Shown: positions 49,508 through 60,529 of the stretch, in pieces
How the letters are laid out: each line of letters starts with the position of its first letter
How positions within the stretch are numbered: position 1 is the first letter of the stretch
Assembly: GCA_965248195.1 (NCBI GenBank)
Contig: CBDFIQ010000002.1
Coordinates: 1-64,000, forward strand
DNA length: 64,000 bases
Direction of reading: 5' to 3'
From: Longimicrobiales bacterium
GTDB lineage: Bacteria; Gemmatimonadota; Gemmatimonadetes; Longimicrobiales; Gaopeijiaceae
The notes under the pieces: generated by a model
Database searches by the model: none
Seen by the model: the letters and a program-made list of their open reading frames with translations, nothing else
What the model was told of the DNA's origin: nothing
Program-made: the position numbers and the translations under genes

Positions 49508-51952
49508 ATGCGCAGTCCGATCGAGGCCTGGAGAAGAGACTTCATGCACGCGGCTCGCGCTCTTCGCCGCGCGCCGGGTTTCACGGTCGTGACGGTGGCG
49601 ACGCTCGCCCTCGCCATCGGTTCCAACGCAGCGATTTTCAGCGTCGTCGACACCGTCCTGCTCGATCCGCTCAGCTTCCCCGCGGCGGATCGACTGGTCG
49701 TCATCCGAGCGTCCGCCCCCGGCACCGACCAGCCAGATGAATTCGGCCCCGGGGCCGAGTTCTATGTGCAGTACCGCGACAACGCCGGCATGCTCGAGGA
49801 CCTGGGGATGTGGAACCAGGGCCAGACCACGGTGCGGTCGGACGAGCGCACCGAAAGGCTCTTCATAGTACAGGTGACCCCTGACCTATACACCACGCTC
49901 GGTGTGACGCCGGTGCTGGGCCGTCTGTCCACCGCTGAAGATGGCTCAGCTGATGTGGTCGTGATCAGCAACTGGCTTTGGACGACGTGGTTCGATGCCG
50001 ACCCCTCGGTTATCGGCCGCTCGTACGAGATCTCCGGCACCATGCGCACGGTGATTGGTGTTATGGGCCCCGAATTTCGATTTCCCGATGATCGGACGGC
50101 CCTGTGGATTCACGCGATGTTTGAGGAAGAGAACGAGATCCGGCCAGGAAACTTTGGGTTCAATTTCGTTGGGCGGATGACGCCGGGAACCGATCACGCT
50201 TCCCTGGAAGGGCAACTGGCCGTCCTTGCCAGCCGCCTTCCCGAGCTTTACGGCGGCTCAGCCCGCTACGCTGAAATCATCGAACAGCACATCCCCATCG
50301 TGCGCTCGCTGGAGGAAGAATTGGTGGGCGACATCGCGGGCCGGCTCTGGCTGCTATTGGGCGCGGTCGTGATCGTGCTCCTCATCGCATGTGCGAACCT
50401 TGGCAACCTGTTTATCGTCCGGGCGGAGAGCCGGCGGGGCGACCTAGCAGTGCGGCAGGCCCTGGGCGCGGGACGTGCCGGCCTGGTCCGCACCCAGATG
50501 GCGGAGGCCCTGCTTCTAGCGGCAGCGGGTGGTACAGGCGCCGCGCTTCTCGCATGGGCAGCGGTCCCGTTGCTCGTCCGCGCCGCTCCGGAGAACATCC
50601 CCAATCTCGACGCGGCGAGCCTCGACTTCGCCACGCTGATCTTCACTGCGGTCGTCTCGATGCTGGCCGCATTAGCGTTCGGCCTCCTGCCGGCAATCCG
50701 GTTCTCGAGACCGCAACCCGTGGGCGCTTCGAAGCAGGCGGGTCGAGGGTGGGGAGCGGGCGGTCACTGGAGCCGCCACGCTCTGGTGTTGCTGCAGACC
50801 GCAGCTGCCCTCGTGCTTCTCGTGGGCTCGGGTCTGCTCATACGCAGCTTCTGGGCGCTGACTCACGTCGATCCGGGGTATGACACGGACGACATCTTCA
50901 CCTTTCAGGTCGCCCCCCAGCGCGAAGAGTTGAACGACGGGCCATCGTACGCGCGGTTCCACGAGGCATTCATGGAGCGCGTGGCCGGCCTGCCCAGTGT
51001 CGAGTCCGTGGGTCTCACGATTTTACTCCCCTTGGACGAAGGCGCAGCGAGCGGCCGTTTCAACACCGAGCGTACCCTGGCCAGTGGTGAAACACCGCCA
51101 ATCATTAGGTTCACCGCTGTGGGTGGCGAGTACTTCCGGACGATGGGGATCGCCATCACACGCGGTCGACGGCTTGAGCCCAGCGACCACCGCCTAGGTA
51201 TAGTGAACCTCATCGTCAGCGAGTCCACCGCCGAGCTGCTCTGGCCCGGCGAGGATGCCCTCGGCAAGCGGCTCCTGCAGGGCGCCGACACCACCCTTTG
51301 GATGAACGTCGTGGGGGTCGCGGAGGACATCTTTCTGGAAGACTTCCGGCAACAGGCGCGCGATGCCATGCTCTACCTGCCGATGGTGGGCCCCACGGCC
51401 GGGACCTATGCGGTCGGGTCACCGGCGTACGTCGTAAAGACGACGCGAGCCGAGTTGATCGCTCCCGAAATTCGCGCCCTCATGCGGGAGGTCGTGCCCG
51501 AATCCCCGATGTACAGGATCTTCACCATGGAGGGCCTGGCCCAGCGCTCAATGGCCCAACTCTCGTTCACCATGCTCATGCTGGCCATCGCGTCGGGGCT
51601 GGCTTTGATCCTCGCCGCCGTCGGATTATACGGAGTCCTCTCGTACGTAGTAGCTCATCGCGCTCCAGAGATCGCCGTGCGGATGGCGTTGGGTGCGGAA
51701 GCGCCACAGGTTCGTCGGATGGTGGTCCTGCAAGGGGCACGTGTCACGCTCGCCGGAATCGCCCTTGGCCTCTTGACGGCCCTCGCATTGACCCGAGTCC
51801 TGGACTCCTTGCTGTTTGGGGTGGGGACGCTGGACGTGCCCACGTTCTTCGCAACGGCGGGCGTGATGGTGGCGGTTGCCTTACTGGCCAGCTACATCCC
51901 GGCGCGGCGGGCGTCGCTGGTGGATCCGATGCTGTCGCTGAGGGCGGACTGA
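49508..51952 (+). CDS. ABC transporter permease (ADOP type)
   Basis: ALRRAPGFT, LLIACANLGNL, DPMLSLRAD. Confidence 0.9.
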   Translation: MRSPIEAWRRDFMHAARALRRAPGFTVVTVATLALAIGSNAAIFSVVDTVLLDPLSFPAADRLVVIRASAPGTDQPDEFGPGAEFYVQYRDNAGMLEDLGMWNQGQTTVRSDERTERLFIVQVTPDLYTTLGVTPVLGRLSTAEDGSADVVVISNWLWTTWFDADPSVIGRSYEISGTMRTVIGVMGPEFRFPDDRTALWIHAMFEEENEIRPGNFGFNFVGRMTPGTDHASLEGQLAVLASRLPELYGGSARYAEIIEQHIPIVRSLEEELVGDIAGRLWLLLGAVVIVLLIACANLGNLFIVRAESRRGDLAVRQALGAGRAGLVRTQMAEALLLAAAGGTGAALLAWAAVPLLVRAAPENIPNLDAASLDFATLIFTAVVSMLAALAFGLLPAIRFSRPQPVGASKQAGRGWGAGGHWSRHALVLLQTAAALVLLVGSGLLIRSFWALTHVDPGYDTDDIFTFQVAPQREELNDGPSYARFHEAFMERVAGLPSVESVGLTILLPLDEGAASGRFNTERTLASGETPPIIRFTAVGGEYFRTMGIAITRGRRLEPSDHRLGIVNLIVSESTAELLWPGEDALGKRLLQGADTTLWMNVVGVAEDIFLEDFRQQARDAMLYLPMVGPTAGTYAVGSPAYVVKTTRAELIAPEIRALMREVVPESPMYRIFTMEGLAQRSMAQLSFTMLMLAIASGLALILAAVGLYGVLSYVVAHRAPEIAVRMALGAEAPQVRRMVVLQGARVTLAGIALGLLTALALTRVLDSLLFGVGTLDVPTFFATAGVMVAVALLASYIPARRASLVDPMLSLRAD

Positions 51953-51982
51953 GGCGTTAGGCCCGGTCTCGTGGGGTCCAGG

Positions 51983-52775
51983 CCTGGAGTTGCTCGAGGA
52001 GCTCCGACCAGCTCTGCTGCGACTCCTCAGCGCCCAGCGTGACGGCCAGGAGCCGTCGGTGACCCTCAGGGCCCACTGCATACGCCACGAGCGCACTCAC
52101 GTTCTCGACTTTGCGGGCCCAGCGGGCGTCCAAGAACGTGGCGTCCAGGTACAGATAGGGGTGAGGCCCCTCGATCGGCGCACGGCGCAGCCCTTCCACG
52201 GCCTCGTCGAGCCGTTTTGCCACACGACTCACCGTCGAGCGCCCAACACGCTCGCCCATCAGCGCCTCGGTGACGTCGCCCATCTTGCGCTGTGACACGC
52301 CGCTCACATACGCCTCGACCATCATCTCGTCGAGCTCGGGGCTCCTGCGCTGGTAGCGGCCGATCACGTCGGCCGGCGAACCGTTGTCCCGGCTCCGGGG
52401 CATGGCGACCTCGATCTGCCCCAGGCTCGTCAGCAGCCGCCTCAGGTATGTGCCGTTCCTATGGTCCTTCCGGCTTCCCACCCGCTCGAAGCGGCGTGCA
52501 CCTACCATGGCCTTCAGCTCCTCTTCCAGCACCATCTCGAGCGTCAGCCGGATCGCGCCTTGAAACAGCTCGCGCAAATCATCGCGTAGCTCGTCTTGCG
52601 TGGCCCGACCGATCTCCACAATCTCTTGCATCGGAAGCTCCTCTCCGGTTCCGAGCCTGCTCTGCAGACCCGGACTCCCGGGTTCATGTGACAGTGAACA
52701 ACAACAGAGGAGCTTCCGTTTTTCTTTCCCTCCTGTCCAGCTTATCCGCTTTTACACAAATCTAGGGACACTACC
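51983..52775 (-). mobile_element. IS256-family element, truncated copy 3
   Basis: Matches the 5' ~790 bp of the other copies; transposase truncated at LEQLQ. Confidence 0.9.
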
Positions 52776-53290
52776 TCGAGGACGCTGCCTCGGCTACCGC
52801 CTGGGTGCTCGAGAACATCGCTCGCTACGGCGGGGATCCGAGACGAGTCTACATCTCCGGCCATTCAGCTGGGGCCTACCTCGCCGCCCTCTTGGCACTC
52901 GACGACTCCTATCTAGCGACGCATGGGCTGAGCTCAGATCAGATCCAAGGCACGATACCGATTAGTCCGTTCCTCTACGTAGAGGAGACAGCGCCAGACC
53001 GGCCCAAGGACGTCTGGGGAGACGATCCTTCCGACTGGCTCGCCGCGTCAGTCACTCCGCACATCACATCGGGGAAGGGTCCGATGTTGTTGATCTACGC
53101 AGACGGCGACGACGAGTGGCGTCGGCACCAGAACGATAGGTTCGGCGAGGCTATGCGGGCCGCGGGAAACAGCGCGGTCCACGTCGTCGAGGTGCCGGAT
53201 CGGTCACATCTTTCCATACGATCGGACATGGCGGCTGCGGATGACAAGGTAGGCGATCTGATCCTGCGATTTATTGAGGGCCGCCACTAG
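52776..53290 (+). pseudogene. 5'-truncated alpha/beta hydrolase (esterase)
   Basis: EDAASATAWV...GGDPRRVYISGHSAG begins directly at the IS end. Confidence 0.8.
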
Positions 53291-53475
53291 GCCCTCCGGT
53301 GCCCCTCTTCCGTGTCCCGAACCCTCTTCCTCAGACCGGGTAGTTGTGGATCGTCACCGGGAGAGCAACTGGGCGAAATTGGGATGAGCCGGGCCGTGGC
53401 CGTTGGGAGGTTGTGATGGGTCGTCAGAGGAACCGTGCCACAGGGAAGGGGAAGGGCAGCCGAGCCCGGACCCTC

Positions 53476-53883
53476 ATGGTGCCACTCATCCTTCTCGTAT
53501 TGCTGGCGCCTGCTGCGTGCAACTCCGATCCCACCGCCACGGACGAAGACGAGCTGTTCCAAGCTCTTTTCGGGACCTGGTCGTGGATCCAGGCCACGGG
53601 TGGGATCGCCGGTACGACCCGAACGCCGGACAGTGAGGGATACACGCGGACCCTCACCTTCACACGCCCAAACCAGGTAGAGATGCTCCGGAACGGAGTC
53701 CCGGAAGTGACGACCACCTTTGAGTTCGTCCCCCTGATAGACAGCGGCTCGGCGCAGCTGCTCTACGCCCAACCCCTCACTGGCTTCGACGCACAAGGGG
53801 TGGAGATCACCGAGGCCGGTGACCTGGTTCTCTCCGATCCGTGCTGCGACGGCTTCGTATACGAGTGGCGTCGGGAGCAGTAA
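53476..53883 (+). CDS. lipoprotein
   Basis: Lipobox PAAC; W-x-W...GGIAG, DPCCDG; followed by hairpin 53895-53927. Confidence 0.7.
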   Translation: MVPLILLVLLAPAACNSDPTATDEDELFQALFGTWSWIQATGGIAGTTRTPDSEGYTRTLTFTRPNQVEMLRNGVPEVTTTFEFVPLIDSGSAQLLYAQPLTGFDAQGVEITEAGDLVLSDPCCDGFVYEWRREQ

Positions 53884-54019
53884 ACCCTAGCTAGGACGGC
53901 CACCCTCATCGTTCGGAGGTGGCCGTCTTCGCGTTCAGAGGTGCGGGTATGATGGCGCAGAAGGTGCGCGCCATCTAAGATCAGATCTTGGACAAATGGG
54001 CCGTCAGGAGGGCTCAGGG

Positions 54020-54367
54020 ATGAACCGTCTTGTACTGCCGTTCATTATCGGCTCGCTTCTTTTCCCGATGGGCTGCGGCGACTCGACTGGGCCGAAGCTT
54101 GCTAGCGTCGATGTCAGTCCGGCAACGACGACCTTGGCGGTGATCGGCGGCACGGTCCAGTTTACCGCCATTGGCCGGGATTTGAATGGGAATGCGATCA
54201 TAAGCGGGGGATTTGTCTGGTCGTCCTCCAACCCGCAGGTGGCGACCGTGGGCGAATCCAGCGGTCTGGCCACGGCGGTGGCAAACGGGAGCACCATGAT
54301 CTCCGCTGACAGCCCGTCGCTTCTTGGCCAGTCGGGGTCCGCTACGTTGACTGTGGCTGCACCGTAG
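54020..54367 (+). CDS. Ig-like (Big_2) domain lipoprotein
   Basis: MGCGDSTGP; VSP, WSSSNPQVATV, GLATAV. Confidence 0.8.
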   Translation: MNRLVLPFIIGSLLFPMGCGDSTGPKLASVDVSPATTTLAVIGGTVQFTAIGRDLNGNAIISGGFVWSSSNPQVATVGESSGLATAVANGSTMISADSPSLLGQSGSATLTVAAP

Positions 54368-55583
54368 CTGGCCCGCGAGACGCCATCGGTCGGTTCGGCC
54401 GCGTCCGGGACGGAGCCATGCACACGATCAAAGGCCGCAGGGTATGAAGCACCTCGATGGTGTCGCCTTGGGCCTCAAGTACATCCGGAAGCCGGCGGTA
54501 CGCCTGGGGGGCTTCGTCTAGGTCGCCGCCGCGGAGCACGACGCCCTTGTCGTCCAGCCACGTTTGCATCTCTTCATGGCTGATTTTGCCCGGCCTCACC
54601 ATCCGCCCCTTCTTCCATTTGCCAGCGGCCTCCATCCTGCCCATCACGCGGCCCGCTCCGTGGACGGTGGAGAATAGAGCGTTCCCCTTCATCGCCCAGT
54701 CGTCGGGATCCGGGGAGTGTTGCCCCTGGAGGATCACCGAGTCGTCCCCCATCGAGCCGCCGACGAAACCCTTCTGGCCGGGGAACGCGGGTGTCGCTCC
54801 CTTACGTACAACGACCAACTCCTCGCCGTCGTGCTCCTCTTTCCACGCGAAATTGTGGTGATTGTGGACCAACTCCATTTCTTGCCCGCCGATGATCTCG
54901 ACGACCTTGCGTGTCACCCACTCGCGACCAGCGTAGGCGTACTCTCCGGCCAGGCTCATCGCTTCCCAATAGTCATGTCCCAGCGGGGTGGAGAGATCCA
55001 GCAACACTTCCGCGTTCATGTCGGGCCGGTCGCCCCAATAGAGACCTTGAGCTAGTGCGACGAAGTTGTGAGCGAGGTTGAAGCCGAGCGCCCGGCTCCC
55101 AAAGTGGACGCCCACCCATACCGCTCCCACCTCATCGGAGAACACGTCCACGTAGTGATTGCCACCACCCATCGTACCGAGTTGCGCCCGAGACTTCCCC
55201 TGAAGGTTACCTCGGTGCTTCCTCGGGATGACGGCCCACCTGGGGTCCTCGAACAGCGGATCGTCTTTCGGTGCGTCGTCGCAGGAGTTCGACATCCCCG
55301 GCCCGAACGCGATCGTATCGAAGATTTCGTCAGCCAGGTCGGGCAGGTCGTCCACCAGAGCTTCGGCAATCAGATCGGTGCGGATCGCCGCGTTCCCGCA
55401 GCCGATGTCCACCCCCACGCCGATCGGTGAGACCCTGTTCCGATACGCGGCTACGCCTCCGATCGGCATGACGTACCCCAAGTGCCCGTCGGCCATCAAC
55501 GCCGCCCGGTCTGCTCTTGAGGCAACATCGTTGAATTGCTCCAGGGTCTTGTCGTCATGAACTCCAAATACGTGTGAAATCAT
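54342..55583 (-). CDS. rtcB: RtcB-family RNA ligase
   Basis: MADGHLGY, GVDIGCG, GGGNHY, HFGSR, HHN, RKGATPA, HGAGR, DEAPQAY. Confidence 0.93.
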   Translation of the reverse strand: MISHVFGVHDDKTLEQFNDVASRADRAALMADGHLGYVMPIGGVAAYRNRVSPIGVGVDIGCGNAAIRTDLIAEALVDDLPDLADEIFDTIAFGPGMSNSCDDAPKDDPLFEDPRWAVIPRKHRGNLQGKSRAQLGTMGGGNHYVDVFSDEVGAVWVGVHFGSRALGFNLAHNFVALAQGLYWGDRPDMNAEVLLDLSTPLGHDYWEAMSLAGEYAYAGREWVTRKVVEIIGGQEMELVHNHHNFAWKEEHDGEELVVVRKGATPAFPGQKGFVGGSMGDDSVILQGQHSPDPDDWAMKGNALFSTVHGAGRVMGRMEAAGKWKKGRMVRPGKISHEEMQTWLDDKGVVLRGGDLDEAPQAYRRLPDVLEAQGDTIEVLHTLRPLIVCMAPSRTRPNRPMASRGPATVQPQST

Positions 55584-55790
55584 TCGCTCGTCAGCCCTCA
55601 GCCAGACGTCTCCCACCCAATACGAAAGGGAGCACGCTCGAGTCGCTTGAGTCTCTAGTCCTAAACTGTCCACTGTACGGGGGCAACTCCAAACGCCTCT
55701 CTAGGCCACGAGGATGGAGCCATACCCCGGCGCGTAAGCTGCGCAGGATGTTGCTTGGCGTAGCGGTCGCCCTCGACCCGCGGGATGACC

Positions 55791-57503
55791 TCACAGCACC
55801 TTGAGGTACTCCAGGAGCGCGGTCTTCTGCTCTTCCGTGAGCGACCTGAACTCGGTCTCATGGCCTGACCGGCCCCTTCCCGGCGAGCCGGTATCGTAGA
55901 GGGTCGGGCTGGACCAGGGGGTGTAGCCGGCTGGATAGCCGTACACGCCCGCATCGTCCCGCTCGCCGGCAATGCCCACGTGCTCGAAGTCGAGCATGTG
56001 CCCACCGACCATGAAACGGTCGGGCCGCATCTCGGGGTGCATCAAGTGCCAAAGCGTCGGGACCGAGCCGTTGTGCAGATAAGGCGCGGTCGCCCAGAGG
56101 GCCGTCAGAGGCTGCGCGACGTATCCGCCGGTGGTCGTCACGTCCAGGTATCGTCCGTACGGTGTGGCGTGGACCTCGTCGGCGAACTCTGCGGTCGCCA
56201 GCTCCCACCGGTGCGGGTCAGTGCCCATCGAGTCCTGCGGTACGAGTCGATTGGGGAAGCTGACCAGGACCACGTCCTCGAGGCCCTCCGAGAACTTGCC
56301 GTGACAGGCGGCGCAGTCCTGTTGGTAGATTCGCCGTCCATCCATCGCGAGAGCCGAATCGATCGAGCTCGGGAACGGCGGTGCGCGGAGCACCTCCAGA
56401 ATTTCCATGAAGTACCGAACGCCGTCGTAACCGTCACGCGCCTTGTTCGGCGGGACCCCCAGGGTCGGCACGACGAAGAAGGTCGTGATGTCGGCAAGTC
56501 CGTCGAGGTGCGTGTTGGTGACCTGCGCGAGCTGCATCTCCGCGAAGCGAGGTCGATGGGGTAGTCCGTACGTGCCGTCGTACAGCAAGGAACTCCGCAG
56601 GACTGTGCCACCGAGATCCGGGATGGACGTGAACGCCACCTCGGTGGCAGTCTCGTCCTCTCCCAACATGCCGAGGATGTTCTTGATCGACGCCACCCCG
56701 TTCGTGAGGCCCGCGCTCCCGTTGATGAACGGGAGCGGTGAGGCTCGCCCTCGCCACTCCTCTGCGAAGCGATCCCGGAGAAGGGGAAGCGCGTGATCAC
56801 GGATCGTGTCGCGCTCGCGGATCGACATATCCCCGAAAAGTGTGTCCATCGCTTCCCAGAACCGCTCCTCCTGGCCCTGGAAGTGGGCGAGGCTCCGAAA
56901 CAGTGTGGTCACATAAGCCTCGAGGTCGAGCGACGTGTTCGGGAGGCCGATCCAGGCGTCTCGAGTCGCGCGGCCGGTCTTGTCGTAGAGCACGCCGGTA
57001 TGGCACGCGGCGCATCCCACGTTTGCTCCCTCCAGCTCCACGGACGGGAACCCACGCGACATCGTGCCGCGCACGAGGCCGATGGGTCCGTCGAGCGCGG
57101 GCGGCGGGCCCCGCCAGTTGAGGATCGAGTCGGCTTGAATGAAGCCCATCTCGGCGAGCAGACGGGTGAGCGTCGCGAGCTCGAGCGGCAGACCCCCCTC
57201 GTCGTGGGCCTCGAGCACCATAGCCGTGGCGGCGACCTTCCACGGTACCGTGTGCCGGTCCAGGCCGTCCGTGTTGAGGCTGCCCCAGTCGTCATAGAAG
57301 AAGTGCGCCACTCCGAGCGCCGCCGGGTCACCACCGGCTTCTTCGATCGAAGAGACGGCGGGGTCGAGCCCGATCGGGCGACCCGAGGCGTACCCGCGGA
57401 GCAGCCTACCCGGCCATGCGCATCCGATAGCGAGGCCACAGAGAAGGACGACCGACGAGAAGCGAAGGACGACCAACGAAAAGCGGAAGACGTTCATAAT
57501 CAC
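55791..57503 (-). CDS. dihaem c-type cytochrome, RoxA/peroxidase-like
   Basis: Two CAACH motifs, GTDP, LWATAPYLHNGSVPTL, GH...LLEYLKVL. Confidence 0.8.
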   Translation of the reverse strand: MIMNVFRFSLVVLRFSSVVLLCGLAIGCAWPGRLLRGYASGRPIGLDPAVSSIEEAGGDPAALGVAHFFYDDWGSLNTDGLDRHTVPWKVAATAMVLEAHDEGGLPLELATLTRLLAEMGFIQADSILNWRGPPPALDGPIGLVRGTMSRGFPSVELEGANVGCAACHTGVLYDKTGRATRDAWIGLPNTSLDLEAYVTTLFRSLAHFQGQEERFWEAMDTLFGDMSIRERDTIRDHALPLLRDRFAEEWRGRASPLPFINGSAGLTNGVASIKNILGMLGEDETATEVAFTSIPDLGGTVLRSSLLYDGTYGLPHRPRFAEMQLAQVTNTHLDGLADITTFFVVPTLGVPPNKARDGYDGVRYFMEILEVLRAPPFPSSIDSALAMDGRRIYQQDCAACHGKFSEGLEDVVLVSFPNRLVPQDSMGTDPHRWELATAEFADEVHATPYGRYLDVTTTGGYVAQPLTALWATAPYLHNGSVPTLWHLMHPEMRPDRFMVGGHMLDFEHVGIAGERDDAGVYGYPAGYTPWSSPTLYDTGSPGRGRSGHETEFRSLTEEQKTALLEYLKVL

Positions 57504-58705
57504 CCCGGGCTCAGTAGCCTGGCATACTTCTGCAGCAACGCCATCTCCAGCATGGGATTATACGTACTCGTGAACTGCGGAAGATTTAGTAGTAGGAATG
57601 CGTACGGTTTCTGCGAGAGGAGCGCGACGTGTGTCATGCCGTTCTGCTCGAGAAGCCCGATGAGCTGCTCCGTCCCTTCACGATCGTCCTGACGCTTGCC
57701 GAGACCGGCCCTGAGGCTCGATAGCGTGCACACCGCATCTGCCCCGTCCAACACGTCCGCCATCTCCGCCGGCTCGTAAAGGTCCAGGTCCGATCCACGA
57801 ACGACTAAGTGCTCCCGAGCGAGGGGGAGGCGATAAAGCGAGTCGATGAAGTCGTTGATCGACCCGGTTCGTGCATCCAGGAGCCACCGGAAGAAGGAAG
57901 TGCTCTGGCTGTCGCGCCGCAGGCTCCTCAACCGCTCGAGAATGATGAAGAGCAAGACGAAGGAGAAGGACACGAAGAACATCGCGAAGTACAGGTCCGT
58001 GGCCCCGCCCGGGGCGAGGACCGCTAAGGTGCTGGTGACCACCAAAGCCCCGGCACCGACCCAGAACAGTTCTCGAACCACGAACACCCATGACTCATCC
58101 GGGTCCGTGAACCGCACGCAGACGTAGACGAAGATCAGGCCGCCGATCCCGCCGAGCCGGAAGTGCAGCCAGCTCGGAGCGATCTGGAGATCGGTCAGCG
58201 CGAGCACGAACGCGATGGCCAGGGCGGTCGTCACTCCCGTGATGAGGCGGTTCTCCATGGGAGCGTGTCCCCTCCGGTCCCGGAAGGCGACAACGAGAGC
58301 GAGCCCTGCGAAAGTTCCGAGCGTGACCACCTTGGAGATCGTCCAGAGGTCGTCCCGACTGACGAGAGGGACCAGGTTCAAAACGACGCAGGCCAGGGTG
58401 CCGACCGCCATGAACACCTTGAAAGAGGGACGTAGGTGTCGTCGCGTGAGCGCCTCCACAAACAGCCCCAGGGCCAGTGGGAGAAGTGTGGCCGGCACAA
58501 ACGAAGTCACCTGGAGGCGCTCGTCTTCCGTGAGCCAATAGAATCCTCTGCTGATGAAGAGCGCGGCCAGGCAATACAGCAGCACCAGCATCATCAGTTC
58601 GAGGTAGCTCCGGCTGCGATCTCGGTGGATATGCGCGATGTAGGCGATGGCTCCCGCGGCACCGACGAAGCTGAGGATCGGATCGGTCCAGGTCTCAAAT
58701 CCCAT
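57500..58705 (-). CDS. polytopic membrane protein with soluble C-terminal domain
   Basis: ~9 hydrophobic helices; GTGA overlap with the downstream gene. Confidence 0.75.
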   Translation of the reverse strand: MGFETWTDPILSFVGAAGAIAYIAHIHRDRSRSYLELMMLVLLYCLAALFISRGFYWLTEDERLQVTSFVPATLLPLALGLFVEALTRRHLRPSFKVFMAVGTLACVVLNLVPLVSRDDLWTISKVVTLGTFAGLALVVAFRDRRGHAPMENRLITGVTTALAIAFVLALTDLQIAPSWLHFRLGGIGGLIFVYVCVRFTDPDESWVFVVRELFWVGAGALVVTSTLAVLAPGGATDLYFAMFFVSFSFVLLFIILERLRSLRRDSQSTSFFRWLLDARTGSINDFIDSLYRLPLAREHLVVRGSDLDLYEPAEMADVLDGADAVCTLSSLRAGLGKRQDDREGTEQLIGLLEQNGMTHVALLSQKPYAFLLLNLPQFTSTYNPMLEMALLQKYARLLSPG

Positions 58706-59597
58706 CGGTCAGCCTCCGCATGAACCGTCGTACCAACCAGCCGAGTACCCAGGCTGTTGGCCGGCCTCTCGGCCGCTCGACACGCGCCGTCCATGGATTG
58801 AAGAAGTAGCCGCGATGATCGGTACCGGATCGCCTACCGAGGATGAGATTGATCGCCTCGAAGCACATGAGATTTCCGGCCGTGATCACCATGGGGGCGA
58901 ACGACATCCGGCTCCGCTCCCCGGTCAGCATCTCGGCGGCGATCTCTAGATCGAGATGGTGGCGGGAGGTAGAGTGGACGAGGACGTGCTCGATCTCCCG
59001 ACGCAGGCAGGTGTCTTCGTCCTCCGAAGAGACCTCGGTCCACGCCTTGTCCAACGTCGGGAAACGGAGTCGCTCCTCCGGCCGAGGGTCGCTTGGCCCG
59101 ACGACGTAGACCGACGGGAGAGGCGACGCATAGGCGTCGATCACCGTGGCTCCGTGCTCGCGGGCCTTCCGGTACAGCTGCACGCCGCTCGGGATGTGAT
59201 CCATGCCGTTGATCACGATCGGGTGCTCCGGAAGTAGGTCGTCGAGCTGCTCGATCCATTCCCCTGCCCGGGTCGTGACGTCCAGCTCGGGATTGATCGT
59301 GAGGAGCTGTCCGCGGACGGCCTCCACCTTGTTCTCACCCACCGTATCCATCGAGGCGAACACCTGGCGGTTCAGGTTGGACAGCTCGAAGCGATCGATA
59401 TCGGCGATCGTGAGCTTGGAGACGCCCGCTCGGGCGAGCGAGAGCGCACAGGCACCACCCATGCCCCCCACGCCACAGACGAATACTTCCGCACCTCGGA
59501 TCCGCTCCTGCTCCGCCTCGGTGACGAAGCCGATGTTGCGTTGCACGAACTCGGCGTAGTCGAAGGCCGAAGCTGGCGGCGGGTTCATTTCTTCCAT
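58695..59597 (-). CDS. ThiF/HesA/MoeB-family adenylyltransferase
   Basis: RNIG, GVGGMGG, ADIDRFELSNLNRQ, K; no Zn-binding CxxC pair. Confidence 0.9.
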   Translation of the reverse strand: MEEMNPPPASAFDYAEFVQRNIGFVTEAEQERIRGAEVFVCGVGGMGGACALSLARAGVSKLTIADIDRFELSNLNRQVFASMDTVGENKVEAVRGQLLTINPELDVTTRAGEWIEQLDDLLPEHPIVINGMDHIPSGVQLYRKAREHGATVIDAYASPLPSVYVVGPSDPRPEERLRFPTLDKAWTEVSSEDEDTCLRREIEHVLVHSTSRHHLDLEIAAEMLTGERSRMSFAPMVITAGNLMCFEAINLILGRRSGTDHRGYFFNPWTARVERPRGRPTAWVLGWLVRRFMRRLTDGI

Positions 59598-60529
59598 GGT
59601 CTCAAATCGCGGAATTGGGTGCCGGCGCTGAACCAGTGGAGCATCGGGAGGAGGACGGAGCCTCCGAGTAGGAAGAGCGCCTGATAGAGGATGGACCCGA
59701 GCGATCGGCGAGGCACGGAGCGCAGGAGGTACCGCCTGGCGGTGGGAAGCCTGAACTGACCGATCTGGAGGAAGTCGTCTCCCCGATCGTAGTCGAGCTC
59801 GGTAGCGCAGACTTCGTTGTGCGAGTCCTGTCGATGTTTGGGAGCCGCGTCGAACGTTTTCTTGAGATTGTCGGAACCACCTGTGTAAGAGTCGGTGATG
59901 ACGAAGCGCTCGACGTCGAAGCCCGCTTCGTCGGCCACGCCGAAAACGTGTCGATGATCGGCCATGATTTGGCGGGCGATCGTAAGATGATTGTACGACC
60001 TCCGTGTCTCCCCGGAGCCTGACGGGAAGACATCGTCGAAGCTCTCAGATACCATGCCGAACACGGCTGGGACCTGGGTGACACTGCTGATCCAGAGAGG
60101 TCTCAGCTGCCGGTGGAAGAAGGTGAGCATCACGCTCAGTCCGTAGAGCACCCACGAGAGCCGCTTGCTCCGGAAGTCCGGATCGACCATGACCAGGCCC
60201 ATGTGGAGCAAATCCTCCTGGACGCCTCGAACATCCAGTGTGATGAGGGACAACGCGTTGAACGCAACCGGTCGGTTGGCCCCACATTCGTAGAGCACGG
60301 TCAGGACTGCGCGGTCGAGACAATCGGAGTTGCCGGTCAGGACGCCGTATTCGAGGGGCCCTCCCTCGAGCGAGCTCGCCGCGACCGTGCGCAAGTCTTC
60401 GACGAGGTCCTGAAGCTCATCAGGGGACATCCACAGACCCGGGCACTCCACGACACGTGCCCGCTGGTTGTTCGCGACGGAAAGCTCGACGTCGAGATAC
60501 CTGGCGCTCAGCTTGCGAATGCGCACCAT
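59585..60529 (-). CDS. hypothetical protein, possible GNAT/acyltransferase fold
   Basis: LHMGLVMVDPDFRSKRLS resembles GNAT motif A. Confidence 0.6.
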   Translation of the reverse strand: MVRIRKLSARYLDVELSVANNQRARVVECPGLWMSPDELQDLVEDLRTVAASSLEGGPLEYGVLTGNSDCLDRAVLTVLYECGANRPVAFNALSLITLDVRGVQEDLLHMGLVMVDPDFRSKRLSWVLYGLSVMLTFFHRQLRPLWISSVTQVPAVFGMVSESFDDVFPSGSGETRRSYNHLTIARQIMADHRHVFGVADEAGFDVERFVITDSYTGGSDNLKKTFDAAPKHRQDSHNEVCATELDYDRGDDFLQIGQFRLPTARRYLLRSVPRRSLGSILYQALFLLGGSVLLPMLHWFSAGTQFRDLRPWKK

